From Mobula hypostoma (lineage: Eukaryota), in assembly GCF_963921235.1 (NCBI RefSeq), contig NC_086108.1, positions 38,876,001 to 38,940,000 on the forward strand: DNA of 64,000 nucleotides, written 5' to 3'. This document shows positions 1 to 13,300 of the stretch, one piece after another. The translations under genes and the position numbers were made by a program. A model generated the notes under the pieces. That model did no database searches. It was not told where the DNA came from and saw only the letters and a program-made list of their open reading frames with translations. How positions within the stretch are numbered: the stretch's first letter is position 1; the number at the start of each line of letters is the position of its first letter.

Positions 1-552
1 GCAAACAACCCTGGACATTACCTGCGCTGTCAGTACCTGATTCAGATTGTCTGCATTTCTTGGAGGCGATTGAGCCATTCTGAGCTTGAGTGTGGAGAGA
101 GTGAGTGAAAAGACAAATGCAAGGAGAGGGCTGGTGAAAGAAAAGACTCTGCTTAAAGTAAAGGGGAACAAACAAAGTGTAAAGAAGAAAGGTAAAAGGA
201 GAATGGATGATGAATGAATGAGAAAAAGGATCAATAAAGAGAATTGAGAGAGAAAGGAGTGAAAAGACAAGTAAGAAGGGGCAGGTGGAAGAGGTGAGAG
301 CAGACATGATTTTTTTCCCCTCTGCTTCATTTACAATTTTCTAATTCAACAATCACAGGATTAAAGAATGGTAGAATTTAGTTAAGGTGTTTTTTGTCCT
401 TTTCCCCTACAATCCTTACCCAGCTCCATCCCCACCTCCAAATAACCCTCATTTCATGATTCTCAGGTGGAGAGTATCGATTAATTTTGTTTTGTGGTCC
501 AGACTGTAAAAGTGAATGTAACCATTATATGCATTTTGTGATTTTAATTCAG

Positions 553-735
553 GTTTTATGGGGGCACAATGTGAGATCGATATCCCTGAGTGCTTCAGTA
601 ATCCTTGTTTACATGGGGCAGAGTGTGTTGAACTCTCCTGGCGAAGCATGAATGGAAACACCACTGAATCGCCTGTAGTCTTTAGCTATGAGCGTGCTGC
701 TGGCTACATCTGTAAATGTCAGCATGGATTTACAG
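553..735 (+). CDS. CRB1: CRB1 exon (human exon 5 equivalent), EGF-like repeat
   Basis: Acceptor ttcag|GT and donor ACAG|gtacc, 183 bp, phase 1-1. Translates GFMGAQCEIDIPECFSNPCLHGAECVELSW...FSYERAAGYICKCQHGFTG, matching the CRB1 EGF with the CVELS...FSY..A.GY insert. Confidence 0.95.
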
Positions 736-1359
736 GTACCCTTCAAAGTTATACGTTGCATTTTGTTTCCTGAGGAAGAACATTGCAGAAATCATCAGAG
801 ATTTTAGTTTACTTTGGTAGTAAGCAAATACATAGAGACAAAACGAGGCTAAGGATTTTGCCCTTTCTTTCATCTGGGGACTACAATCAGTTTAATTATT
901 GACATTGTAGTAAGTGACATCATTTGGTGAAACACTTCAATAATAATGCACATGGAAACTGATATTAATGAACTAGTTACTATACATGGAAACTGAATTC
1001 TAATTTATAAACATTATCAAAGGAAATAGATGTCCTTAACATTGTACGAGTTGTCTGTTAAAGGTGAAATAATTTTCCATGGAATTAATAATTTTTCAAA
1101 ATTAGAATGGCTTAATTCATTAACAAATGGAAACTCACTGGCTTAAGGATTTTTAAAATCAATTTTTAATGTAGCATTCCTGTTGCATCCTCGTTGGGAA
1201 TTTTACTCTGGAAATTGGGGTAGGCAGAACAAAAATTCCAACAAAACAGAGGAGATGAATTTCTTCTTGAGCACTAAAAGACTCCAAAATATAAGCAAAT
1301 TTATTCCACCCTGAGCTGGGTAAATCTTCAACACCACAACACCAGATTATTTTGAGTTA

Positions 1360-1680
1360 GAACATAGAACAGTACCGCATAGGGACAAGGCCTTGTGCCG
1401 AACCGACTGGAAAGTAAAATAAAAACCGCAAACACTAATCCCTCCTGTTTACACAACGTCCATATCTCTCCAACTTCGTCATATTCATGTGTCTATCTAA
1501 ATGTCTCTTAGAAGCCTCTAATGTATTTGGCTCACCATACCGGGTGGCACATTCCAGGCATACACCACACTCTGAGTCAAAAAATTTACCCCCCACATCC
1601 CCTTTGAACCTACCTCCTCTCACCTTCAATGCATGCCCTCTGGTATTAGACGTTTCTACCCTGGGGAAAAAGCTGCATAT
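1360..1680 (-). mobile_element. CR1-type LINE 3' fragment
   Basis: Minus-strand KVRGGRFKGDVGGKFF...LEASKRHLDRHMN (CR1 ORF2 C-terminus) and a gttctatgttct tail. Confidence 0.75.
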
Positions 1681-2244
1681 ATTTCTAACCTAGTCCATCC
1701 ATCTGCTTTAAGCTGAGTCAGTGGCTCTGAGACAGCATGTTAAATAGACTCTGGAAAAAGCAAACCCTTTTTAGGATGATTTCTCCTTAACTTGTCAGTT
1801 TTGTGGAGAATATGAACATGAACATGTTTCTCTCACTAGAAACTGCCAAAAACTTATTTTTAAAAAACTCCACCAAGAGCTCTCCAACGTTCTCCCACAG
1901 AAGGAGGGCAGGATACATGATGTCAGAAAAAGGACTACCCCTGGTTAATTAACCTGCAGCAAATTGATACATTGCAAAAGAGTGGCAACTAATTGACTTC
2001 ACACTGCTAAAGAACGTTGGACAGCTCAATTAGTATATAGCTGGATGTAAATCTTCCCGTGACTATTTCAAATGCTGAAAAAGGATCAACATCAACAAGC
2101 CTTTTTAAAATTTATTGATTAACATAATTAATACAATATTGTTGGTAACCAGTTGGGCTATGGGATTAATTTGAACAGATCTGCTTGTTTTAGGCTTTCT
2201 CAATGTCATACATCAGCAGAGATTTGAAGTGCTTCTATGTTAGG

Positions 2245-2650
2245 ACTCCGGTAGTATCCAAGACATCTTCAAGGAGCAGTGCCTTAGGAAGGCCGTGTCC
2301 ATCGTTCAGGACCCCCACCACCCAGGACACGCCCTCTTCTCATTGTTACCGCCAGGTAGGAGGTACAGAAGCCTGAATGCACACACTCAGCGATTCAGGA
2401 ACAGCTCCTTCCCCTCTGCCATCCAATTTCTAAATGGACATTGAAGCCATGAACACTATCTCACTACTTTTTTAATTCTTTTTTTGGCACTGCTTATTTT
2501 AACTTAACTACTTAATAGATAGATATATCTTTTTTACTCCAGTTCAGTATTTTTCTCCATATTTATTTATCATGTATTTCATTGTACTGTTGCCATAAAG
2601 TTAACGAATTTCATGACATACGTTGGTGATATTAAACCTGATTCTGATTC
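2245..2650 (+). mobile_element. L2/Rex1-type LINE 3' fragment
   Basis: DPHHPGHALFSLLPPGRRYRSL motif and a taaacctgattctgattc tail; the same family recurs near 28100, 43570 and 62350. Confidence 0.75.
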
Positions 2651-3119
2651 AGTTTCGTTCTTAAGGACATCTCACCACAGTCATTTTATATCAGCAATTG
2701 GTTAATAATTACTTATCAACAGCTGGTTACGTAGAAAACATGGAACAGATTCACTGAAATGAACTAACTGGATGACAATTAACTGTTAATAGCAGATGGA
2801 AGAAATTAGTGTTAGCAGGTGCTGGGGACCATGGACAACTTTGACGTAATGTGATGTGCATGCAGAATGAGGCCATTCATGCTTGGTTCATGATAAAGCT
2901 CCCTCATACAGGAGGTAATATAGTTGTATTTTGCAATAAGATGCTCAGACAAGAAAGTCATCTTTTTAGCTTTATTAATAAATAGGAATTGACAGTCCAG
3001 TAGTCTCCCAGACCTTTCCCATTCAAATTACTAGTTAGTATCTAGTTTGAATTTGACCTTAACCCTTGGATAATAATCATGAAGCAAAGGTGAAAGTTTG
3101 TGTGTCTTTTATTATGTAT

Positions 3120-3941
3120 ATTGTGTATAAAGGGAAGACAGGAGGATGAATACAGGGCCCTGGCGGAGGACTTTGTCAAATGGTGCAAACTGAATCATCT
3201 GCAACTCAACATCAGTAAGACAAAGGAGATGGTGATGGACTTTAGGAAGACCAAGCCTGCACTGCTCCCTGTTACTATTGATGGTGAGGACATGGATATG
3301 GTGAGAACCTGGGGGTGCACCTGGATGACAGCCTTGAGTTGAGCACCAACAGAAGAGGCAGTATACAAGAAAGGCCAAAGTCTCCTCTACTTCCTGAGGA
3401 GACTGAGGTCCTTTGGAGTATGCAAGCTTCTCCTTCACATGTTCTACCAGTCTGTTGTCACCAGTACGATCTTCTATACGGTGGTGTGCTGGGGCAATGG
3501 CATCAACATGGGTGATGCCAATAGGCTCAATAAACCGATTAAAAAGGCTGGCTCTGTTATAGGAGTCTAACTGGACACACTGAAGGCTGTATTAGAACAA
3601 CAATTGCTGGAAAATCCTGGCAATCCTGGACAGTGCTTCTCTCCCTCTGCATACCACCTTGCTGAACAGAGGAGCACTTTTAATAATACATCAAGACAAC
3701 TGCACTGCTCCAAAGAGCACTATATGAGGTCATTCTTACCCTCAGCCATTAGGCTTTATAATGAGCCAACCTATAGGCGGGTAAGGGATGACTCCCTCCT
3801 GTTAGACTATTTGAAGTTACTTGTGTTTTATTCTTTCTTACTTCTCTTCTAATATTTGTATATTTGTATATCTGTGCACTTGTAATGCTACTGTGTCACT
3901 GTAATTTCCTCTGGGATCAATAAAGTATCTATCTATCTATC
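3120..3941 (+). mobile_element. Rex1/Babar- or L2-type LINE 3' part
   Basis: FVKWCKLNHLQLNISKTKEMVMDFRK RT-thumb region, RSFLPSAIRLYN, then AATAAA and a (TATC)n tail. Confidence 0.8.
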
Positions 3942-4202
3942 TTCTTTGTAATTCAGTTATCAATAAGAATACCTGTAACATATTACGACTTTACCCGGCA
4001 ATAATAAAAGCAAATACTTGTGCGAAGCTTACATTAAAAAAAATTACAATGCAATTGATTCCTCCAATTGCACAATACACTTCCAAGGTAATGTTTCACT
4101 GTATTCTTAATATCCTACCTGATAATGTGTACACTTGCACTATAGGGTCATGTAACACACTACTAATTGTTTTAAAAAAGTAATTACAAGAAAAGATGTA
4201 GC

Positions 4203-7200
4203 TTTTCTGAGATAAGGAGCCCAAGACTGCTCACAATACTTCAACTGATGCTTCATCAGTGCCTTTATAAACCATCATCATTACATCTTTGCTGTTAAAT
4301 TCTGGTCCTCTTGAAATGAATACTGACATTGCATTTGCCTTTCTCATCAACGACTAAGCCTGCAGATTAACCTTCAGAAAATCCTGCACAAGGTCTCCCA
4401 AGTCCCTTTGCTCCTCGAATTTTTGAATTTTCTCTCTACCAAAGTGCATGACCATACACTTACTGACACTATATTCCATCTGCCACTTTTTGCCTGTTCT
4501 CTCGATCTGTCTAAGACCTTATGCAGTCTCCCTGCTCCTTCAACATTACCTGCCCCTCCATCTGTCTTCGATTCATTCACAAACTTGGCCGCCAAGCCAT
4601 CAATTCCATAATCCAAATCATCGACATACAACATAAAAAGAAGCGGATCTTAACACCAGCCCATGCTGAACACTGCTAGTTACTGGCAGCCAGTCAGAAA
4701 AAGCTCCCTTTATTACCACTTTGCCTGTGCCAATCTGCCAATGGTCTGTCCATGCTAGTATTTTTCCTTTAATAACATGGGTTCTTAACTTGCTAAGCAG
4801 CCTCACTTGCTAAGTGTGGCTCCTTGTTAAAGGCTTTCTGAAAATCCAAGTACCAAGCATCCATTGACTCTCCTTTGTCTATCCTGCTTGTTATTTCCTC
4901 AAAGAATTCCAACAGACTTGTCAGGCAAGATTTTCCCTCAAGGAAACCATGCTGACTTTGGCCTTTATTATCATGTCCTTAATAATTGACTGCAACATCA
5001 TCCCAACCACTGAGGTCAGGCTAATTGGTCTACAATTTCCTTTCTTCTGCCTCCATCCCGCTTGAAGAGTAGAGTGACATGCAATTTTCCAGTCCTTTGC
5101 AACCATGCCAGAATCTATTGGTTCTTACTGATGCCTCCACAATCTTTTCAGATACCTCTTTCAGAACCCTCAGATGTAGTCCATCTGGTCCAGGTAACTC
5201 ATCTACCTCCAGACTATTCAGCTTCCCAAGCACATCCTCCCTAATAATAGCAATTGCATTCACTTCTATCTCCTGACACTCTTGAAACTTTGGCATACTG
5301 ATTGTGTCTTCCACTGTGAAGGCTGTTACAAAATATTTATTCAGTTTGTCCACCATTTCTTGTCTCCCATTACTAGCATTTCAGTGTTAATTTCCAGCAA
5401 TCCTATATCTACTCTTGCTTCATTATTACTCTCCACTAACTTCCCACTTATTTTTTGCCCCATTATATGCCCTCTCTTTTGCTTTTATGTTGGCTTTGAC
5501 TTCCCTTGTCAGTCATGGTTGTGTCATCTTCCCTTAGAATACTACTTCTTTGGAGTGTAACTATCCTGCTCCTTCCAACTTGCTCCCAGAAACTCCAGCC
5601 ATTCCTACTGGTCTCCCCTTCCAAACAACTTTGGCTCACTCCTCTCTCATGCCTCTGTAATTCCCCTTACTCCACTGTAACACTGAAACATTTGACTTTA
5701 GCTTCTTCCTCTCAAATGGCAAAGTGAATTCTATTATATTATGATCACTGCCTCCTAAGCGTTCCTTTACTTTAAGCTCCCTGATCAAATCTCAGTTGCT
5801 AACACAACACTCAATCTAGAAGAGCTGATCCTCTAGCGGGCTCAACCACAAGCTGTTCTAAAAAGGCATTCTACAGGTTCTCTCTCTTGGAATCCAGCAC
5901 CAGCCTGATTTTCTCAATTTACCTACATTTTGAAATCCCCCATGACTATTGTAACATTGTCCTTTTGACATGCCTTTTCTATCTCCCATTGTAATTTGTA
6001 GCCCACAACCTGGCTAATGTTTGGAGGCCTGTATATAGTTCCTGTCAGGGTCTTTTTACCCCTGTATTTTCTTAACTCTACCCATGAAGATTCTACATCA
6101 TCCCATTTCACCCATGTCGCCTATCTCTAAGGATTTGATTTCATTTTTTACCACAGAGTCGTGCCACCCCCTCTGCCTACTGTCTGTCCCTTTGATACAA
6201 TGTGTATCCTTGGATGTTAATCTCCCAGCCATAATCTTCTTTCAGCCATGATTCAGTGATGCCCACAGCGTCATACATACCAATCTGTAACTGTGCGACA
6301 AGTTTGTCTACCTTGTTTTGTAATCTGTGTGCATTCAAGTATAATCCCTTCAGTCCTGTATTCATCATCTTTTTCTGTTTGGTCCCCATTTTATGTTGCA
6401 ACTCATCCCGCTCACTGCAATTTTGCCCTATCATCAGCCTCTCCCTGCTTGGAGTCTCACTAAAGATTGCCTTTGTAAACCAACTATGTCATCGTTAGCA
6501 CTATCACTCCAGTTCCCATCTCCCTGCTAAATTAATTTAAACTCTCTCCAACAGATCTAGCAAACCTGCCTGCAAGGATATTGGTCACCGTTGGGTTCAG
6601 GTGTAACCTGTCTTTTGTACAGCTCATAGCTTCCTCAGAAGAGATGCCAATAATCCAGAAAACTGAAGCCTTGCCCCCTGCACCAGTTTCTCAGCCACGC
6701 ATTCACCTGCCAAATCATCCTATTCTTATCCTCACTGGCATGTTGCACAGGCAGCAATTCAGAGATTACTACCCTCGAGGTCCTGTTTTTCGGCTTTCAA
6801 CTTAGGTCCCAAAATTTTCTCTTCAGGACCTCCTCCCTTTTCCTACCCACAGTATGTCATTAGTGCCAGTACATTATGTACCAAAAGAGACTGCCTGCTC
6901 ACCCTCCCTCTTTAGAGTGCTGGGGACCCTGGCACCTGGGAGGCAACATACTATCTAGGTGTCTCTATCGCATCCACAGAATCTCGTGTCTACTCCTCTT
7001 ACTATGAAATCCCTTATCACTGCCACACTCCTCTTCTCCCACTTCCCTTCTGAGCCACAGAGCCAGACTCAGTGCTGGAGACCTAGACGCTGCTGCTCTC
7101 CCCGGTAGGTAGTTTCCCCATACCCCGTGACAGTATCCAAAATGGTACATGCATTATTGAGGGGAACGGCCACAGTGATACTATCCATTTCTTTCCCCTT

Positions 7201-7245
7201 TCCTGACAGTCACCCAGGTACCTGCCTCCTGCAACTTAGGGATTG
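4203..7245 (-). mobile_element. Degenerate CR1 LINE (ORF1 end, APE endonuclease, RT)
   Basis: Minus-strand fragments LYLNAHRLQNKVDKL..GITESWL, IYRPPN..IVMGDF, GNCRPISLTSVVG and KFVNESK; many frameshifts. Confidence 0.88.
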
Positions 7246-8136
7246 TACTCTTTCTCTGCAGGGTACTCTGTGAAGTGCAGCATACAGGAGTGGCTGTCTT
7301 TTTAGGACTACAGACTGACAGTGAATAACCCGTATCAATATTTATTCTTGACCCAATATCATTAAAATAGAATATTTGGTCATGATCATATTGTTAGAGA
7401 ATTGGTGAGTACAAGTAGCTCTGTTCCCTGATGATAATACTTTGGCAGTCAGGAAGGTATCAATTAAACAAAACTTCATTCTGAAGGTACTGTTGCCTAG
7501 AAACTTATTCAACCTCCCTTCTGAAGGACAGTAGTGTAGCATTCCCACATTGCTGAACTGAGGTGACGAGGTAGATTATGTGCTCAGATCTCTGTAAAGG
7601 AAATGGAATTCACAATCCTTGGATTTAGGGAGATGTATTGCTGGAACCTAATTACTCTGATATAGCATTATAAAATATGGCACAGTCTTGCTTTGCCAAA
7701 ATTTAATCAAATTATCACAAAGTATTTGCTATTTTATTCCTGATTTTATAAAGGTCAGAAATTGTATAGAAAAATGAGGCAATTTCTTTAATTGATGAAA
7801 GTCAAAGTTCAACTTGTTTCCATCTGTAATATAGGTCTTCAGGGACAGAATAATATTTAGCATTTGTCGCATTTCACAAAATTTTTTTTTTGTGTTGTAT
7901 TTCTACACTTGTTAAACTGCTTACTTAGGAGATAAGATTAAGAAAGTACACAAAAGAATTAATAGTTCACAATTTTTTTCCAGTCATGTTGCTATCATCT
8001 AAGTTTAAGTGAAAACATCAGGTCTGGTACAAATATAAATACATGAATCCAATGTAAATGGCTCAAAACTCTTATCACAGATGCACAGCATAATAAAAGT
8101 AACAATAACACGACTGACAAAATCTATTACATCACT

Positions 8137-8460
8137 TAATCAGATTATAGTAATAAATAGTCTTTAGGATAAAATGCCCTGCTAGAAAAGCAACATTTTG
8201 AACTAAATCCTGCAATGCATTTCTTCCACAGTTAAAATCCAATATTTCTTTATATTCTTTTCACAGACACCAGTTATAGTTGTGGGAGTAGCATAAGTGG
8301 GTCACAGAGACTTAGACCATTGGATAAGCAAGGAATTGACTGATTCCTGGGCTTAGCCTTGTTGATCTGTCTTTCAGAGCATTGAGCACTGAGCTGAGTC
8401 AGCGGACACAGCAGACAAAGGAACAATGTGCAGAGTTAGGATGTAAGTTAATCATAAGAA
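8137..8460 (+). promoter_or_regulatory. Candidate photoreceptor promoter for CRB1-B
   Basis: TAATCAGATTA paired-homeodomain palindrome at 8137-8147; GGCTTAG (CTAAGCC on -) at 8350-8356; GCTGAGTCAGC MARE core at 8393-8403; TAATCA near 8449. All lie just upstream of the candidate first exon in repeat-poor DNA. Confidence 0.6.
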
Positions 8461-8520
8461 ATGAAGTACAAACAGCAGAGGTTGAGCTGACACAAGACTA
8501 AAGGTTTTTGACGATTTTTC

Positions 8521-8596
8521 ATGTCTTTAAAGAATTGTCTTGGAGAAATGGTATTACCCGTTCTTAAGGCTTCCATCTTCATGTTGGCTGTTGCAG
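8521..8596 (+). CDS. CRB1: Candidate internal first coding exon (exon 5c-like) of the CRB1-B isoform, signal-peptide-like leader
   Basis: ATG 8521 or Kozak gaaATGG at 8548 reads MSLKNCLGE-MVLPVLKASIFMLAVA-G. Ends at a strong phase-1 donor GCAG|gtaaat, in frame with exon 6 (G-SHCE). Confidence 0.75.
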
Positions 8597-10182
8597 GTAA
8601 ATATTTCTCAAAAATATTCTTTTGCAAGAGCATAAGAGTGAGTGTTACTTAAATACTCATGAGAAAAAGCAGTAGATGATAGCAACTTATATAGACAGTG
8701 ACTATTTAAATGCTTCTTTCTAAATGAGCTTCTGCAGAGTTCATTGTAGTTATTATACAGCAATATAGTGTGGTGAAGGATCAGGGCATCACTTATACTG
8801 GATAAAAAATCTTTAAACATTAGTTGGTGTTGCAAAGATCCAGGGGAACCTTAATATATTTTATTAGTATTGTTCATGTTTTGAAGAGTGTAACTAGCTT
8901 AACGAGTTTTTCAAATATAATTTATTGGAATTACTTCATGGTTTTACTGAACTGGAAATGATTTGCTTGAATTTGACTGCTTTTTTCTCAAAAGAGGGAT
9001 GTTAATCTGCAATTCCACTATCAAGAGTCACCGAGATTTTTGTGTTCAATATCTTAACCAAAAATAGATTAATCTTCATAATCCACAGGAAGCTGTCACC
9101 TCAATATAGAGCTGATATAACAATTAACTACTTACGAGGTTACTTCTAATCATCCATATTTATTTAACTTATTTCTATTTGCTCATTTTGTATATTGATT
9201 AATGGAACAACTTATAATCAGTAACAGTGTTGTAATTTACAGAAAAGTGTAACAACTATTTTGGCTCTCCTACCAACGTGTATAATGTAATGTAATTGCA
9301 TTTAGCGTGTGTCATTCACTGTTGAGACAGAATTCCTGAATGGTTAAAATAATTACACAGTCTAGCAGTTGGCTAATGGGCAGCTCAAATGTCAACTGGT
9401 GGGTAAAGAACCTAGAGATGACGTGAGGAGAAACTGTCATAGACAAAGAATCAATTTAGAATCCATTTAAAAGAGTGCTGGAAATTTTCAGCAGTTCACA
9501 CAGCTTCTATATACAGAGAAGTAGAATTCATGGTTACAGCATTTTCTGTTTTTGCTTCAGATTCCTAGCAACTGCAGGTGTTTGATTTTCATTTGGAATG
9601 CAATGCTTGAGAATGTAGGGAACAAATTCATGAGGCAATATGATAAACAGAAAGAGGAGAGAAACACAGGAATATAGGAAGGAGGCGTTTTATAGCATGG
9701 GGCTAGATTGGAATGGAACTAACTCGATTGCTCTTTGAAATTGGTGCCACAGACTCATTGGTCCAAATGATCTGAGTACAACTGGTTTATCACATACATC
9801 ATTGATAATCGTTACAGCAGTAATTTAGAATTAGTGATATGTTAGGATTTAAAATTTCCCATCCATTCTACTTTTAACCATGTGGGCTTCTCACCTCCCA
9901 AAGGTGTGCAAGTTGATAGGTTGATAGGCCTCTGTGCTTTACACCAACTGTATTGCTGAGTGGTTGGATCTGTGAGAATTAAACGGGTGTATGGGTAAAA
10001 CAAAAGGGATTAGGACTGATTCTGTAGTGTATAACTATATCATAGCCCAGTCAAAATGGTGACAAAAGGAATTTATGATGGTGACTGATAAGTTCAATAA
10101 ACTTCAGATTTATGCAATATGTACAAAAGTTTTAATGTATTATCTATTAGCAGAGCAAAAATATATTTTCTTCCTTTTCAAG

Positions 10183-11142
10183 GTTCACATTGTGAAATGG
10201 ACATCAACGAGTGTGACTTAAGCCCTTGTCAAAATGGAGGAACATGCCAGAATACCCTAGAGGGTTATATTTGTCACTGTCCAACAGGAAGTGAACAAGA
10301 GATATTTTATGGAGGCCAGAACTGTACAGACATTCTAACTGGATGCGAGAACCATGAATGCCAGAACAAAGCAACATGCATTCCTTATCTGAGGGACTCA
10401 CAACACGGGTACCATTGTCGCTGTGCTAATGGCTATGCTGGCTTGAACTGTCAATTATCAACTACATTTTCCTTTGCAGCCAATGGACATCTTCATTTTA
10501 AAACATCACTTACGGGGAGAAATGAGAACTCGACGAATAAACTTCCTTATCGTGTATTCCTAAGGTGTAGAACTGTGTTGTCCAATGCACTTATTTTTTA
10601 TAGAGGAACCAGAAAAACATTTATGAAATTGGAAGTACTCAATGGCCACTTATATGCATCTCTGCAAATAAGCAATCAACCGGTCGCAGGTCTTGAGATT
10701 TTTAAGAACATAAGTGATGGAGAATGGCACACTGTGGAAGTGACGTTCAGCAGAAACTTTTCTGTCAAACTTTTGGACAACGCCTGTTTGGAAGAATGCA
10801 TGATCCTGAAGTTTGTAGGAATGGAGAGTGAGGAATTTGCCAGAGTATTTGAAAACATATTCTTTGGGGGCATAGAGGACAGCTATGGAGGATTTTCAGC
10901 AGCCCCCCGGCCCCAGACCTGGCCTCATTTTATCGGTTGCCTTCAGGACGTGACAGTGGAATCAAAAGTAATAGACGTGGGCGTCCTTACAGTTGACTCA
11001 GCACTGAATGTGAAGCCAGGGTGCAGCAAGAGCGGTTGGTGTCAGAGCAATCCGTGCCAGGGCAAGGGTCAATGTATCGATTTGTTGATCAATTACACAT
11101 GTGAATGTTTCAGACCATACATTGGTTGGAACTGTTCTGAAG
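10183..11142 (+). CDS. CRB1: CRB1 exon 6 equivalent: EGF x2, laminin-G 1, EGF
   Basis: ttttcaag|GT ... GAAG|gtaaat, 960 bp, phase 1-1. SHCEMDINECDLSPCQNGGTC...SDGEWHTVEV...FIGCLQDV...CFRPYIGWNCSE. Confidence 0.97.
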
Positions 11143-11264
11143 GTAAATGGTACAATAATATTTCAAGGTTTTAAGTGAATACTCCACCTTTTCTTAGATA
11201 TAATGCTCACTATCCGTTTACATGTTCCTAATAATTTAGTTTCCCAATTCAGTAATAAAGGAAC

Positions 11265-13300
11265 ATAAGATGGAGAAGCCCAGAACTTTGCTCCACCACT
11301 GACTAAGGTCACTGGTGATCAGATCTTGGCCTCAATCCTTTTTTCTGGATGGTTTGCCATAAGCCTTAATTTCCCAATATTTCAAAACCTGGCTGTCCTA
11401 AGTTAATTATACTGCATTTAGTGATTTCAATTGGACAGCTTTCTCAGGTAGAACATTCCAAACATTACCAACCTCCTGAGAAGAAATTTGTTCTCATTTC
11501 TGACTTAAGTTGTTCTAATATTGTTGATTTGTTCTTAAATTGTGCCTTCAATTAGCGTCGTACAGCACAGAAACAGGCCCTCTGGCCTTACTGGTCCATT
11601 TTAACCAAGGTGCCCATCCAAGCTAATTGCTTGGCCAGAATTTAGTCATAATCTTCTAAACATTTAATATCCATGTAACTATCCAAATGTCTTTCCTCAG
11701 CCACTTGCTCTAGCAGTTCATTCCACATACATACTGTTCTCTGTGTAAATAAGAAAGTTGCCTCTCAACTTCCTATTAGATATTACCCCTCTCACCTTTA
11801 ATCTATGCCCTGTACTTCTTGATTTCCCCACCCCTATTAAAATGACCGAGTACATCCACCCTACCTATACCCCCATGAATAAATAAGATCACCTCTCAGT
11901 CTCTTATGCTTCAAGGCAAAAGTCCGAGCCTGTCCATCCTCACCCTATTACAAAATCCCTTGAATCCTGGCAACATCTTTGTAAATATTTTTCTGCACTC
12001 TTCAATCACTAAATTCCCACACAAAGAGGACCAAGCTTAGTGTAACTCTATCAAATGCACCCAGAACTATGAGTGTGTTAGTTCATTCTTATTCTTCTAA
12101 TCTCAAATGGGTACTTACTACCTGTACTTTCCTCATCCTCATCAGACCTAGATTTTCTACTGTTAATAGGATGCATCTATTTTTCTTCTCTGAATGTAGA
12201 AACAGAGTATTTGTTCAAAAATGTCTTGATATTTTATTATTTTCTATTGTTGTGCTTCAATCTCACCATCAAAGGTAAACCCATTCACTCTATCCATTCT
12301 CTTCCATTTTACATGCTCGAAGAAGATTAATATTTTTTATTGGTTCTTACTCACTTGCATCCATAATCTACCTTCCATCTCTTTAGTAACTTTATAGTCA
12401 CTAATGTTCAGTAACTTTATCAGTTTCCACATTTTTCCCAATACATTGATTAGTAATAGTATTACATGCGTTTTCTTTAATTTGATAACGTCCCTACCTT
12501 CTGTTATTAGCCATGGTTGGATTATCCTTATTGTAGTCTTCATAATGGATAATATCATTGTGAAATATACTTAATGCACTGCTTTACTACTGTTTTATCA
12601 TTAAATCTATTTTGCCAGATTAGTCTACCCTACGTTCGTGCCTTTACAATTATCCTTGTTTAAATTTAAGACTCTAGCATCATTCTCCAATTTCTTGCTC
12701 TCAGATCATGAAATTCTATTATGTTATGACCACCATTTCCCAGAAACCTATTCTATGTTGGTTCTACAGCATATTGTTTGAATAAATGGCCTCAAATACA
12801 CTCTACTTGTTCATCCTCCAGGCTACCTTTTTCCATTTGACTTGACCAGTTTACAGGGGGAAGTTAAAGTTACTCAAGTACTTTTACAAGCCTATATTCA
12901 CAAAAACCCATGCTGACTTCCTCCAGTGACTTCTTTTCCTTAATATTTTCCGTCTCCACCCAAATAAGTCCTACATCTTGATCTTCTGTACCATGATCAT
13001 TTATAAACAGCTATTCCATTTATACCTCTCTGTTTTGAAGGTGAAGTACCCAGATATTGTATTCCCAGCCTTGGTCACATTACAGTCATCTCTTTGTAAT
13101 ATCGTTTAAATCCTGTTCATTTGTCATTAATACATTTACCATATTGTAAAGGCAGGGTGCATTCAGCTAAATAAACTTTAATTTTGTCTTTCCACCAGTT
13201 TTCCTGAACCTGATGTTATTATCAGATGCAATTTATTGTTCTATATCCTGTCCTTTCCTGATGTTCAGTACTCCTATTGCTACTCCGTACAATTGGATTG
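11265..13300 (-). mobile_element. Old, highly decayed CR1 fragments
   Basis: CR1-like 3' UTR motifs (acagcacagaaacaggccc; cccctctcaccttta) and decayed endonuclease-region sequence. Confidence 0.55.

Noticed and set aside
90..305. Purine-rich GA tract
   Set aside because: Low-complexity intronic sequence with no defined structure.
2854..2914. Alternative first-exon candidate MCMQNEAIHAWFMIKLPHTGG with phase-1 donor GAG|gtaata
   Set aside because: Not hydrophobic, weaker donor and no photoreceptor motif cluster; 8521-8596 fits much better.
8426..8448. ATG TGC AGA GTT AGG AT|gtaagt mini-exon
   Set aside because: Phase 2, out of frame with exon 6; at most a uORF or non-coding donor.
10566..10568. 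Cys in place of the usual Phe in LamG1 (LRCRT)
   Set aside because: A single-base difference; it cannot be told apart from lineage variation, polymorphism or sequencing error.
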